Origin: Candidatus Nanoarchaeia archaeon
Lineage (GTDB): Archaea; Nanobdellota; Nanobdellia; Woesearchaeales; JACPBV01
NCBI GenBank assembly: GCA_028279655.1
Contig: JANQNH010000001.1
Span: 17,484 to 81,483 of the forward strand
Length of the DNA: 64,000 nucleotides
Direction of reading: 5' to 3'
Shown: piece after piece, positions 10,856 through 20,470 of the stretch
Numbering within the stretch: the stretch's first letter is position 1
Layout of the letters: each line of letters starts with the position of its first letter
Made by a program: the position numbers and the translations under genes
The notes under the pieces: model-generated
What the model was told of the DNA's origin: nothing
The model's database searches: none
What the model saw: the letters and a program-made list of their open reading frames with translations, nothing else

Positions 10856-13054
10856 TTATTCCATTGGTACCTGGGACCATAGGGTCCAGTCATTGCTTGG
10901 AGCATAGGATCCAAATACAAAATAAGGGGGTTGGTTCTGACCGAAGTAGGAGTATTGTACCTGGCCCCATGTCTGAGGCACTCTGGCTCCACCTCCTCCA
11001 ACGCCATATATCGGGGAGCCCATGTAACGCCAGGTTTTCATCAATCCATGGAAATCCGACAGGTCAGTGGAGGCGTCTGCTCCTGGCTCAACTGTTAAAG
11101 CTTTATCATATCCATACTTGGACAATATGTTCATAACCTCTTTTAGGGGGGCATTCCCCTGTCCTGGGGCAAGATGGTCATCCTGAAAGCCGAAGTTGTC
11201 TGACATGTGCACATTTCCAATGTAACCTCCCTTTGCAAGCTTATCGAATTCCTGAACATACCATTTTTTAAAGTCCTTATCTGCTTCTTCTATGGTCTGG
11301 CCTGGCTTAACCTGCCAGAATTTTCTCCAAACGTTTGCATGTCCTGTGTCAAAGGTAGCCTTTATGTGCTTCTCTGCCAATTTCTCAGCCTGTTCCTTGG
11401 ACATCCCTTTTTGATAGTATAGGTTATCTGTAGGGCCCCAGTCCTTTATCTTTGTTCCTTCTTGCCAAGCTCCATGTGTTATCTTTTTTTCAGTGAGGAA
11501 TCTGACCATCTGCTTTCTTGCCTGGTCTATAACAAACTTCAGTTCCTGAGGATGGCCACCAAAGCGTTCTGGGAATATGTTTTCTATTGCAAGGAAGACA
11601 GGATTGTTGTCATCCTTGGATCTTTGCCAGGTCCTGATCCCTGCTTCGGCATATAGCCTTGCGATGTGCCTTTTGAATCTTTTCACAGGGGTAACGATAT
11701 GTTTTTTTGTTTCTAAGGTGTCTTCTGCCTGCTGCTCCTGGGAGGCAGATGATTGCCGTGAATAATCGATTCTTGCCCTCATCTCTTCTATTTTACCATC
11801 TATTATTTCAAGGGGGTTTTTTGTATCCGGAGTAAGGATCTCCTGGGCGTGCCTCCATAAAGATGTATCCTGCTTCATTATCTTCCATTTCTCTTCTGGT
11901 GGAACGTCTTTGTCGAGTTTTTCATAGAACTTTCTTACTTCCTTAAGTTTTTCAAGTACTTCGATCTCTTCCTTTGCAGTTTGACCAAACTGACCTGCCC
12001 ACCCTCTAGAATGTCCTTCGTTGGTCTCTAAAGTAGCATGTATGAAAGCTTCGTCTGGATGGACCTCTCCTTCGTAATAGAACTCAGGATCGTCATACCA
12101 CTCCTTTCCTGTAAGGGCTTTCCAATGTTGTTTGTTCCATTCTGTATGCTCTACTGCTTCCTCTCTGAAATAGTCAAAATCATGATACTCAACCTTAAAT
12201 CTTTGTGCTTCAGGATCATATTGAGGGACTCTTCCATATTTTGCGTCATAGGGATTAATAATCTTATTCCCCTCATAATCTATATAATCTCCTTTTTTTA
12301 TCTTTGTTGGCTTTCCTTTCAGATGTTCAAATTCCGGGTCACTCTTCCCCTGGTATTCACCATCATAATCATGGTCTGCTCTCCTCCATTTAGGTACTGA
12401 TACGAAGCGATCTTTCTGGACTGTCTCCATCTTCTGAGAGGTCCTGTCGTCTAGAAGAACGAAGTTTGCATCTGCCTCCTGTGAGTGCCTTTCCTTGAAC
12501 ATCAACCTTCCATTCTCATCATAAGCAAGGTTCTTTTTCATCAATGGATCATCTAAGGTCATGTCTGTCATAGGCCTTTCCCACTCTCCTGTGTGTACAA
12601 CGACAGATCCTCCGCCGGCAGTGTCTGCTGCAAAGTCAACTGCCCTTCTTATCTCCTGTAGGTTCTGGCTTGCATTGTTGACAGAGAAGTTCCCTCTCTG
12701 GTCAGAGCCCATCATGCCCATTGTGAATGCCGAGTGTGTCGTGAGCTTGATCTCGTTGATGTTGGCCATCTCTCTTATGGCCTGCCTTTGGTCTTCACCA
12801 TAGACTCCCGGGGTTTGTGCGTTTCTCTGGGAGCCCCCTGCCTGTGGGAACTGTATCTCTATAGAGCCAACCCCCATCCTTATCTTAGAGTATAATCCTG
12901 CTACATTCTGCGCTGCTATCCCCATAGGGACACTCAGTCCTATGTCTTTTATGCTAAAACCAGGAGAATCTGTTTTTTCCTGGCCATACATCTCAGGATC
13001 CATGGAATTAGCATAATCTACCATTGGATGGTGGGTGTAGTATCTGAATTCCAT
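10856..13054 (-). CDS. Xylose isomerase/AP-endonuclease-2-like TIM-barrel protein with large insertion
   Basis: Metal ligands TTH, VVHTG, IEN, TFDTGHAN, VHMSDNFG.QDDHLAPGQG, VEPG. Confidence 0.75.
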   Translation of the reverse strand: MEFRYYTHHPMVDYANSMDPEMYGQEKTDSPGFSIKDIGLSVPMGIAAQNVAGLYSKIRMGVGSIEIQFPQAGGSQRNAQTPGVYGEDQRQAIREMANINEIKLTTHSAFTMGMMGSDQRGNFSVNNASQNLQEIRRAVDFAADTAGGGSVVVHTGEWERPMTDMTLDDPLMKKNLAYDENGRLMFKERHSQEADANFVLLDDRTSQKMETVQKDRFVSVPKWRRADHDYDGEYQGKSDPEFEHLKGKPTKIKKGDYIDYEGNKIINPYDAKYGRVPQYDPEAQRFKVEYHDFDYFREEAVEHTEWNKQHWKALTGKEWYDDPEFYYEGEVHPDEAFIHATLETNEGHSRGWAGQFGQTAKEEIEVLEKLKEVRKFYEKLDKDVPPEEKWKIMKQDTSLWRHAQEILTPDTKNPLEIIDGKIEEMRARIDYSRQSSASQEQQAEDTLETKKHIVTPVKRFKRHIARLYAEAGIRTWQRSKDDNNPVFLAIENIFPERFGGHPQELKFVIDQARKQMVRFLTEKKITHGAWQEGTKIKDWGPTDNLYYQKGMSKEQAEKLAEKHIKATFDTGHANVWRKFWQVKPGQTIEEADKDFKKWYVQEFDKLAKGGYIGNVHMSDNFGFQDDHLAPGQGNAPLKEVMNILSKYGYDKALTVEPGADASTDLSDFHGLMKTWRYMGSPIYGVGGGGARVPQTWGQVQYSYFGQNQPPYFVFGSYAPSNDWTLWSQVPME

Positions 13055-13080
13055 TTTAATTTTTTCCTTATTTTTATATT

Positions 13081-13213
13081 AAGAGGATTTCAACAACATT
13101 GGAATCAAACACGGATTTTACTTCGTAAAATCCTACACCAAAAGGAAATTCCCACACTTCGTATGGGAATTCCCTCTTCAGGCGTGTTTTCATCCATGTT
13201 GTTGAAATCTCTT
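13081..13213 (-). ncRNA. Structured element copy A (three-way junction; ncRNA or ssDNA motif)
   Basis: Terminal inverted repeat enclosing two hairpins with C-GAA-G loops; homologous to 49270-49390 with compensatory changes. Confidence 0.6.
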
Positions 13214-13236
13214 TTATTTTTTATTATCCTCTTTAA

Positions 13237-14715
13237 TTACCAGTTTAACATACCGTGATGTTTCTTGAAGTGGTGGTAGATCCCCCACATTGACTTTGAA
13301 CAGTCAGATCCTGCTTTACTTTTAGTGGTCTTTATCTTGTATAGTTCTGCCTTTGAAGGCTTCTTTATCCTGCTAGAGATCTCTTTTGCTCCTTTATACG
13401 AGGTAAACATATCCTTGAATCCTTTGTACATTCCAGCTAAGGGGTTTGCACTCGGTGGCTTTTTCTCTTCCTTTTCTTCCTTCTTATCTGGGATCTGCTC
13501 TCCTGCTTCGTCCAGGTATCTCATCAGTTCGTCTCCCAAGGCCTCCATAGCAGCCTTTACAGACCCGTCTATAAGACCTAAAAGCTGGAAGTCCTCCTGC
13601 TCCCTCATCTTCTTATAGAGTAGGATCTCGTCGTCCGTCCAGGCATATGACCTGAAGGTCATCTGTACTCTTCCAACGTGCAGTGGTCCTTTCTGGTATC
13701 CTTCCTGTACATAGCTCATCTCTGGGCGGGTTCTGAACCAGAAGTGCATTAGTATTACCTGCCATATCTGCTGATCCTTTCCGGCAATCTTCATTGGTTT
13801 TCCCTGCGGTTTTTTTGCCAATATCTCAACCTCTATCATGGATGTCTCGAATGCAGCAAGTATATCAGGGGATTCGGCCTTACTTTGGTCCATCATAAGC
13901 CTCTGGATATTCTTAAGGTAGGGCTTGACCCAGGCCATGTACATCCGAATTATCTCGTAATGCTGTCTTAGGTACTTTAGTGTGAATATCCTCCTGTTCT
14001 TGAGCTCTTCAAAGGTAGCTTCTTTCCAGGCAAGGAAGCTTCTTAGCTTTCTTTTCAGGACCTCCCTTACTTTCCTGTTGAACTCTCCTCTTTCTGATTC
14101 TACTACAAGATCTACATCCTCCTGCTTAAGAGGGTGGGTGCTGAAGAAAAGATCAGGGAGGGTTGTGAACTGAACTTCTCGAGCCATACCATATACAGAG
14201 GCAGGGTTCTTTGCGCCTTGTTCAACCATGTCTACCCAGATGCCCTTTAGGGTTATCTCTGCGCTTTCCCTGCTGTGGCTTGCTTCCTGATAGGAATCCT
14301 GATAGTATCCCATCCTTTCATCCAGTACTCTCAGTTCCCTAACTAACTGAAATAATTCCTTTACCATCTTTCCGATAGTTGCCAGGAACTGGGATACCTT
14401 ATCCTGCTGCAGGCCTAACCTTTGCTGGGCTGACCCAAAGAAGGCAGAGTTTTCAGCAGCTGAGAATATGTCTGTTATCTTGTCTATCCTATTGAAGGCA
14501 TGGAACCACCTCATATAATGGAGTATCCAGAAATAAGGCTCTTCAATGGAGATGTTGTATCCCTCTACAAAAAGCCTTAATCTCCTAAGGGGTTTAGGGT
14601 AACCAGTAGGTAACTTGTCTTTCTCATCTCTGGTTACTTCCACATCTTCTTTTCCATCTTTTCCAAGGACTTTTATTATATCTTTTGGGTCTTTCATCTT
14701 AATCAACATGGTCAT
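13237..14715 (-). CDS. Hypothetical protein (492 aa, largely helical)
   Basis: Long ORF in an operon with the Kef-type transporter; no family recognised. Confidence 0.8.
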   Translation of the reverse strand: MTMLIKMKDPKDIIKVLGKDGKEDVEVTRDEKDKLPTGYPKPLRRLRLFVEGYNISIEEPYFWILHYMRWFHAFNRIDKITDIFSAAENSAFFGSAQQRLGLQQDKVSQFLATIGKMVKELFQLVRELRVLDERMGYYQDSYQEASHSRESAEITLKGIWVDMVEQGAKNPASVYGMAREVQFTTLPDLFFSTHPLKQEDVDLVVESERGEFNRKVREVLKRKLRSFLAWKEATFEELKNRRIFTLKYLRQHYEIIRMYMAWVKPYLKNIQRLMMDQSKAESPDILAAFETSMIEVEILAKKPQGKPMKIAGKDQQIWQVILMHFWFRTRPEMSYVQEGYQKGPLHVGRVQMTFRSYAWTDDEILLYKKMREQEDFQLLGLIDGSVKAAMEALGDELMRYLDEAGEQIPDKKEEKEEKKPPSANPLAGMYKGFKDMFTSYKGAKEISSRIKKPSKAELYKIKTTKSKAGSDCSKSMWGIYHHFKKHHGMLNW

Positions 14716-16465
14716 GGTGTTTTGGGTGGTCGTGGCCTATCCTCTGCCTGTGTTTCAGTTCTTTTATATGTTTCAGCCTGTGCTCTATGATCTTCCCTAC
14801 GTTTTCGCTGAATTCTTCAATCATTAGGGAGACATGCTCTCCTCCAAGGAAATGTGGGAGGATGACGTAATCAGCTCCTGCATCATAAAGCTTTAGGGCT
14901 TTTTCAACCTCTGATGCAGTAACGTATATTGCTGCATCTTTGTTTACTTCCTTGATCTTCTCTATCAGAAGCTTATTCACCCTGCTGCTAGGGATTGTTG
15001 AGATTATCATCTCAGCTTCATCGAATGGCAGCCTTTCCAGGACCTCTACGTCACCTGCGTCACCATATATGCAGGATATCTTTTTTCTGATCAGCATCTT
15101 TATTATCTCCGGATTATAATCTACGACAAGCATCTTTTTATGCAGTTTCGTTATTGTCCTGGATATTGAATATCCTATCCTGTTATGTCCACACATGATA
15201 ACGTTGATCTTTTTCTTTGGCATATATTCCAGATCCTCATAACCATGGTTGAACCTTTCGAATACCTTTAATGATTTCTTGAACCTGTTGTATAGCTTGT
15301 CCTCAAACTTTATGAAATAGGATGTGATCATCATGGTGATTATAGCAACCAATATAGTAAGGGTGAATATCCCCCTTGATACATGACCCAACATCAGGCC
15401 CTGGCTGACTATTATAAGGCCGAATTCTGATACCTGTGCCAGGGATATAGAGGTTATGAAGCTTATCCTTCTCTTATAACCGAAGAAGGAACACAGGAAC
15501 ATGGTTATGAACGGCTTTACCAATACTGCAAGAACAAGGAGTATGATCATAGGTGCGATTATAGGGATGATCTCGTCTACAACTAATTCCATCCCCAGTG
15601 AAACAAAGAATATCGTTGCAAAGAAATCCCTTAGTGATTTTACTCTGCCGATTATGGCGAAGTTATATGGGAGGGAGGCAAGGCTTAGTCCAGCCAGGAA
15701 GGCACCTATAGCTATGGATAAATTCAGATAGAAGGCTGCTATTGACAACAGGAAGCAGACAGATATTGAGGCAAGGAACAAAAGCTCCTGGGATTTTGCT
15801 GCTGTCTTGAAGATTTTTGGAAGTACAGACTTTGTCAGGGCCATTATGGCAAGCAGCAACAAGATACCTTTTACGAGGGCAAGGATTACAGCCAAGAAGG
15901 AGTTACCTTCAAGGGATACAAGTATGGATAAGGCAAGTATAGCTAGGATGTCTTCCATCAATAATATGCCTACGACAATCCTTCCATGAAGGGTGTCAAG
16001 CTCTCTCTTGTCAGATATCAGCTTTATTACAACCATGGTTGAGCTGAATGCTATTATTATCCCTATGTATATCGCTTCTCTTGTAACGAATCCAAGTATC
16101 AATGCGATCAGGAAACCTAGTGTAAACATCGTGAGGCTTCTTATCGTGCCTCCTAGGCCAGAGACCAGGGCAACCTCTTTTATCTTCTTTATGTTCATCT
16201 CAAGGCCTACTATGAACAAGAGGAATGCAATGCCTATCTCAGACATATTTATTATCAGTTCTTTGTTGTCAATAAGTCCAAGAACAGGTCCAATCAGCAG
16301 CCCTGTTACTATATATGCTGGGATAAGGGGCTGTTTTAATTTCCTTGATATGAATGCTAGCACTGTTGCGATTATTATTACAGCTCCAATCTGGAAAAAT
16401 GCTTCATTAACATGGGTATTTGTGAAGAACTGTTCCAACTTTGGTGCTAATTCTATCAGGTTCAT
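14699..16465 (-). CDS. Kef-type K+/H+ antiporter (CPA2) with TrkA-N/RCK domain
   Basis: Many TM helices; FLLFIVGLEM and LAQVSEFG; CGHNRIG...YGDA RCK motif. Confidence 0.9.
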   Translation of the reverse strand: MNLIELAPKLEQFFTNTHVNEAFFQIGAVIIIATVLAFISRKLKQPLIPAYIVTGLLIGPVLGLIDNKELIINMSEIGIAFLLFIVGLEMNIKKIKEVALVSGLGGTIRSLTMFTLGFLIALILGFVTREAIYIGIIIAFSSTMVVIKLISDKRELDTLHGRIVVGILLMEDILAILALSILVSLEGNSFLAVILALVKGILLLLAIMALTKSVLPKIFKTAAKSQELLFLASISVCFLLSIAAFYLNLSIAIGAFLAGLSLASLPYNFAIIGRVKSLRDFFATIFFVSLGMELVVDEIIPIIAPMIILLVLAVLVKPFITMFLCSFFGYKRRISFITSISLAQVSEFGLIIVSQGLMLGHVSRGIFTLTILVAIITMMITSYFIKFEDKLYNRFKKSLKVFERFNHGYEDLEYMPKKKINVIMCGHNRIGYSISRTITKLHKKMLVVDYNPEIIKMLIRKKISCIYGDAGDVEVLERLPFDEAEMIISTIPSSRVNKLLIEKIKEVNKDAAIYVTASEVEKALKLYDAGADYVILPHFLGGEHVSLMIEEFSENVGKIIEHRLKHIKELKHRQRIGHDHPKHHDHVD

Positions 16466-16605
16466 TTTTTAATCTCTAAGATAAATCCCCCTTTATGTTT
16501 TTTAAAGTCCAGGTTCATCCCTTTTTCAAGGCCTTCGTATTCTGCTATCCTCTTAGGTATAGTAATCACGAGCTGACCTGAATATAGTTTTTGGATCTTT
16601 ACCAT
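16462..16605 (-). CDS. Small AbrB/MazE/SpoVT-type DNA-binding protein (47 aa, absent from ORF track)
   Basis: MVKIQKLYSGQLVITIPKRIAEYEGLEKGMNLDF...; stop overlaps the Kef start (ATGA). Confidence 0.75.
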   Translation of the reverse strand: MVKIQKLYSGQLVITIPKRIAEYEGLEKGMNLDFKKHKGGFILEIKK

Positions 16606-16665
16606 GTTGCTTATCTATGTATTGAGTCCTGTTTGTTTCTTTGTTTTATTTGGGATATTTGATAA

Positions 16666-16733
16666 TACTAGTATTTTTGATAGTTTTTTTACTCTATTTT
16701 ATGATATCTAGTATACTATTTTATATACTAGTA
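16666..16733. promoter_or_regulatory. Repeated TACTAGTA palindromes, putative operator
   Basis: TACTAGTA at 16666 and 16726, CTAGTA at 16708, upstream of the AbrB-kef operon. Confidence 0.45.
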
Positions 16734-16797
16734 TTTAAATATTGTGTTTTTCTTGATAATACCAAATATTAAATAAACCTGGATATTCCCAATTATA

Positions 16798-17115
16798 ATG
16801 GCAGAAAGTTATGAAATACCTTTTAATGAGACAGTAGCTATTCCAGTTATGGGGGACAAAAAAGTTAGATTTACCTACACCAATCAACCCCCTTTTGAAG
16901 TTGTCTATGCTTTGTCTTACTCGAGTCCTTTTGGAGGGGGCGGGGGTTGTAAATCGGTCTATCATTCGGAAACCGAGAAACCGATACGTGGTAAATTTAG
17001 TATCGGTGGAAGAAATTTTGGCTGGGTTGACTTTAGGGTAACTGATGCGTCTCCTGAAAATGTCTGGTTGGATTATATTGGTTTCAGACCCAGACCCCCT
17101 GGTAGATCAGTTTAG
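16798..17115 (+). CDS. Hypothetical protein
   Basis: ATG ORF with TATA-like sequence ~25 nt upstream. Confidence 0.55.
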   Translation: MAESYEIPFNETVAIPVMGDKKVRFTYTNQPPFEVVYALSYSSPFGGGGGCKSVYHSETEKPIRGKFSIGGRNFGWVDFRVTDASPENVWLDYIGFRPRPPGRSV

Positions 17116-17130
17116 ACCTCTTTCCATAAT

Positions 17131-17925
17131 TTACTTTAGAATTCTTTTTATCTCTTCTACGAGATCAGAAGCAAGATAGGTAAATCCTTTTTTCTTTTTT
17201 AGCAATATGTCTCCTGCTAATCCGTTATAGTAAGCTGCGTTGATTGAAGATTGCAGAAGGGACAGGCCTTGGCCTAGGAAACCAACACAAAGGCCAGCTA
17301 ATACGTCTCCTGTTCCTGCTTTGGTCATACCTGGGTTTCCGGTTTTGTTGATGTATGTTTTTGATTTTGTTATTATCCTGTCTGTTTGGCCTTTTAGCAG
17401 GATGATGTTGTCTCTTATGTGTTTTTTTAGGATTCTTTCGTCCAGTTTTGAGTTTTTTAATAGGGTCTTGAACTCTCTTTTGTGAGGAGTTAGGATGGCG
17501 TTGTTGATGTCCTGTAATCTGATGTGTTTTATGGCGTCTGCGTCTATAACTAATGGTTTTTTTGTTTCCTTTATGTACTTTTTAACAAAAGAGCTGCAGT
17601 GCATCCCTATTCCATTTCCTATAAGCACTGCGTCAAAGTCTTTCTCCAGCTTTAGAATATCTTTAGCTCTTGATGAGCGGAAATCATCTCCCTTGAACTT
17701 CTTAACAATCAGGTCAGGGCTTATAGCATTGATTGCATATCCAACCTTTTCTGGGGCTGCTATTGTGACCCAATCAACACCTGACCTTAATGCAGCCAGG
17801 CCTGCAAGTGCAACTGCACCAACATATTCCTTAGAGCCACCTATAATAAGGACCTTGCCATTATCTCCCTTATGGGAGTTAGAACTCCTTTTTGGAAGTT
17901 TTATATGCCTTTTTGTTATGTTCAT
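17131..17925 (-). CDS. nnrD: ADP-dependent NAD(P)H-hydrate dehydratase
   Basis: SHKGDNGKVLIIGGS, VIDADA, LTPH..EF, GTGDVLAG. Confidence 0.92.
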   Translation of the reverse strand: MNITKRHIKLPKRSSNSHKGDNGKVLIIGGSKEYVGAVALAGLAALRSGVDWVTIAAPEKVGYAINAISPDLIVKKFKGDDFRSSRAKDILKLEKDFDAVLIGNGIGMHCSSFVKKYIKETKKPLVIDADAIKHIRLQDINNAILTPHKREFKTLLKNSKLDERILKKHIRDNIILLKGQTDRIITKSKTYINKTGNPGMTKAGTGDVLAGLCVGFLGQGLSLLQSSINAAYYNGLAGDILLKKKKGFTYLASDLVEEIKRILK

Positions 17926-18128
17926 CTAAACATCTTATAGAGTACCCTAACTGATAACAGTACGACCAATACTATAAATACCCATAGGTATTGTACTACG
18001 AAATCAGCTATGTATGCTCCTATAATAACCCCCAATAACAAGGAAGCCCACTTGATGCATCCAATGTCCCAGACATTAAGGTTCTTTAATTTTCCATCTG
18101 CCCAACTGATCAATCCCATGTTAATCAC
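17922..18128 (-). CDS. Small two-TM membrane protein
   Basis: Two hydrophobic segments; overlaps nnrD start. Confidence 0.65.
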   Translation of the reverse strand: MINMGLISWADGKLKNLNVWDIGCIKWASLLLGVIIGAYIADFVVQYLWVFIVLVVLLSVRVLYKMFR

Positions 18129-18138
18129 CTTTTATGTA

Positions 18139-18363
18139 TTATTTTTTCTTCTTCTTTTTACCAACACATGTACATTTATCAGGAATCTTTGGATTCATTA
18201 TCGGGCATGTAACCATTGCCACTGACATCAATACCGTAAGAAACAACCCATTTATCCCCGGGTTTACCACTCCCAGCAGGTCCAGCACCAAAGCAAAGAA
18301 TGCCCATGTTGCCAATCCTGATATCACACATTTTCCAGCACAACTCTTACACATATCAATCAC
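18139..18363 (-). CDS. Small Cys-containing membrane protein
   Basis: GAGGTG RBS/start; two TM segments, CKSC and CPI motifs, poly-K tail. Confidence 0.6.
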   Translation of the reverse strand: MIDMCKSCAGKCVISGLATWAFFALVLDLLGVVNPGINGLFLTVLMSVAMVTCPIMNPKIPDKCTCVGKKKKKK

Positions 18364-18375
18364 CTCTTTTTTGAA

Positions 18376-18969
18376 TCAGTTCTTTATTCCGATATCCACT
18401 ATCTTAGTCTTATCCTTGTCAAGTCCTTTCTTGATATCATGGAATGTTATAATCAGGTCAGGGTTTAAGGCTTTGTTTGCATGTTCTCCTGTGTCAGGGT
18501 TTATCCCTGTTGGTATATCTATAGATATCTTGAATGCAGTTGATTTGTTGATCAGTTCTATTATGGAACTTATCGGTTCCTGCAGATCACCTTCAACCCC
18601 TGTCCCAAGCACGGCGTCAATTATTATATCATAATCATCCAGGTCTGTCTGCTCTGGACTTATCAATAGCTGTATCTTGTTGTTCTCTTCAATCCTCTTG
18701 AAGTTTGTCCTTCCTTCTTCCTTGAACTTTGATTCATCACCAATGAACAGGACGTCGGTTTCTGCCTCTTCACACAGGTGGCGAGCTGCAACAAATCCGT
18801 CTCCTCCGTTATTCCCATGGTAGGAGATTATAAGAATTCTCTTATTTTTTATATCAGGGAATCTCTCCTTTATTGTCTCATATACGCCCCTGCCTGCATT
18901 CTCCATCAAGGTAATCTTAGGTATGCCGCAGGTATCTTCCAGCTTTTTCATATCGGTTGTGGTTATCAT
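18376..18969 (-). CDS. nnrE: NAD(P)H-hydrate epimerase (YjeF N-terminal)
   Basis: LMENAG, GNNGGDGFVAARHL, DAVLGTG, IDIPTG. Confidence 0.92.
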   Translation of the reverse strand: MITTTDMKKLEDTCGIPKITLMENAGRGVYETIKERFPDIKNKRILIISYHGNNGGDGFVAARHLCEEAETDVLFIGDESKFKEEGRTNFKRIEENNKIQLLISPEQTDLDDYDIIIDAVLGTGVEGDLQEPISSIIELINKSTAFKISIDIPTGINPDTGEHANKALNPDLIITFHDIKKGLDKDKTKIVDIGIKN

Positions 18970-19748
18970 GCTAAAAATCCTTCCAGTTTCTCTTTAGCGT
19001 CTATATTGTTGTCGAATCTCTTTATTAATCTTTCTATCTCGTCGGTGCTTTTTATGCCTTTTTCCTTCAGGAAATCCATGAGGTCAACCTTCTCTGAATT
19101 GTTTATTCTCTTAAGCAGGAAGTTATAGGGATAGTTCATGGCTGGTTTTATCTCCTTGCTTTTCATCAGGGTGATTATCAATCGATTTATCCATTCTGTA
19201 AGATAGTCATATTCTATAATGTCCAGGAAATCCTCACCAAACGCATCATGCAGCTGTGTTACCAATTCTTTCTTGTTATTGTCCTTAAGCTTGGGTATTA
19301 TATCCTTCATCGAAGGGCAGGAACCGAACATCTCTTCTTTCTTTAGATTCTCTCCTGTGTTCAGGAAAGGGCCTTTGTTGAAAGGGAATAGCCTGCAGAT
19401 AAATGCCCTCTTTTTGTCATATATCAGGCACTTGTTGTTCTTAAGAAATGGGCAACTGTCATAATCCATATAGTAGGTTACGATGATTGATTTGTTTGAG
19501 TTCAGGTCCAGAATGACCCTTGAAGGAAGTATCTTTGCGTCTATGTCTACCTCTTTTTGCCATTCTTTGAATCTCTTGGCTTCGAAGTCAAACAATGGAA
19601 AGGACATCCTTTCAATAGGGAATAGCTGTACCAAAGGCAGTTTTCCATAGGCATTCTCCTTTAGAAATTCCTTCTCCTCTTCAGATATCATTCCCCTTAT
19701 ATGGGAACAACACTGACCGCATTGAATGCACTGGAATTTAGGTATCAT
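18966..19748 (-). CDS. YkgJ-family CxxCxxCC Cys-cluster protein
   Basis: FQCIQCGQCC, CPFL..NKCLIY, CRLFPF. Confidence 0.85.
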   Translation of the reverse strand: MIPKFQCIQCGQCCSHIRGMISEEEKEFLKENAYGKLPLVQLFPIERMSFPLFDFEAKRFKEWQKEVDIDAKILPSRVILDLNSNKSIIVTYYMDYDSCPFLKNNKCLIYDKKRAFICRLFPFNKGPFLNTGENLKKEEMFGSCPSMKDIIPKLKDNNKKELVTQLHDAFGEDFLDIIEYDYLTEWINRLIITLMKSKEIKPAMNYPYNFLLKRINNSEKVDLMDFLKEKGIKSTDEIERLIKRFDNNIDAKEKLEGFLA

Positions 19749-19749
19749 A

Positions 19750-20133
19750 TTAAATTGTTTTTATCCTTATTTTTTCAATATTCTTATAGTGTTTTATGTT
19801 TCTTGTTATCAATGTCAACCCATATGTTAAAGCAAATGCCCCATTTAGGATATCAAAGTCTCCTACTAAGGTCCCTTTTTTCTTAAGTTTTGATTTTATC
19901 ATCCCAAAATTATTTGCTACAGAGAATCTCGATTCTAATATGGATATGTCCTGGAGGAAAAGAACTAGATTCTTTTTATGTTTATCTAGATTTTTTGAGT
20001 TGTAGATCCCATAGAACAATTCTGCAAGGCTTATTATGGAGATGTGGAGGTCTTTTAGTCTTTTTATCTCATTGACAACTTTCTCTTCATTTCTCATGAA
20101 TTCGATGCATATGTCTGTGTCTAGGAGATACAT
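19750..20133 (-). CDS. vapC: VapC PIN-domain toxin
   Basis: YLLDTD, SLAELFYG, DFDILNGAFAL, TRNIKHY. Confidence 0.9.
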   Translation of the reverse strand: MYLLDTDICIEFMRNEEKVVNEIKRLKDLHISIISLAELFYGIYNSKNLDKHKKNLVLFLQDISILESRFSVANNFGMIKSKLKKKGTLVGDFDILNGAFALTYGLTLITRNIKHYKNIEKIRIKTI

Positions 20134-20134
20134 C

Positions 20135-20419
20135 TTAATCCAGGTTTATGTCCCTCCCCATACCTATTTTTCTGCTATCATATATGTCTTTTATCAGCTT
20201 TTTTCCATCGATGTCTGCCCAGCCACCTGCAGATGATAAGAACTTCTTTCTCCTTTCTAGGTTTTCCAATGCACTTTTTATTGCATATCCTACGGCTGTT
20301 GATAGTTTTACATTGTATAATCCATCTATGACTTCTTCTTTTTCTAACTCTTTTTTTAATTTTTTTGCATCCTTATATGCCTTTTCAGGTATTTTTATAG
20401 TCTTTAACATTTCTACCAC
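20135..20419 (-). CDS. Putative VapB antitoxin
   Basis: Directly upstream of vapC; KTIKIPEKAY N-terminus, AGGWAD motif. Confidence 0.7.
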   Translation of the reverse strand: MVEMLKTIKIPEKAYKDAKKLKKELEKEEVIDGLYNVKLSTAVGYAIKSALENLERRKKFLSSAGGWADIDGKKLIKDIYDSRKIGMGRDINLD

Positions 20420-20470
20420 CTTTTTACTACTTTTAATACACTAGAAGTGGAAATTATTATATAAATTTTT

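Noticed and set aside
13081-13213. Hammerhead ribozyme (CUGAAGA on minus strand)
   Set aside because: No GAAA after the following stem, and copy B reads GUGUAGA
13081-13213. SECIS element (AUGA...GA quartet)
   Set aside because: The helix above opens into a three-way junction, and the upstream gene ends in TAA with no in-frame UGA
13081-13213. Simple intrinsic terminator
   Set aside because: Multi-branched structure; copy B lies between divergent genes, where no terminator is needed
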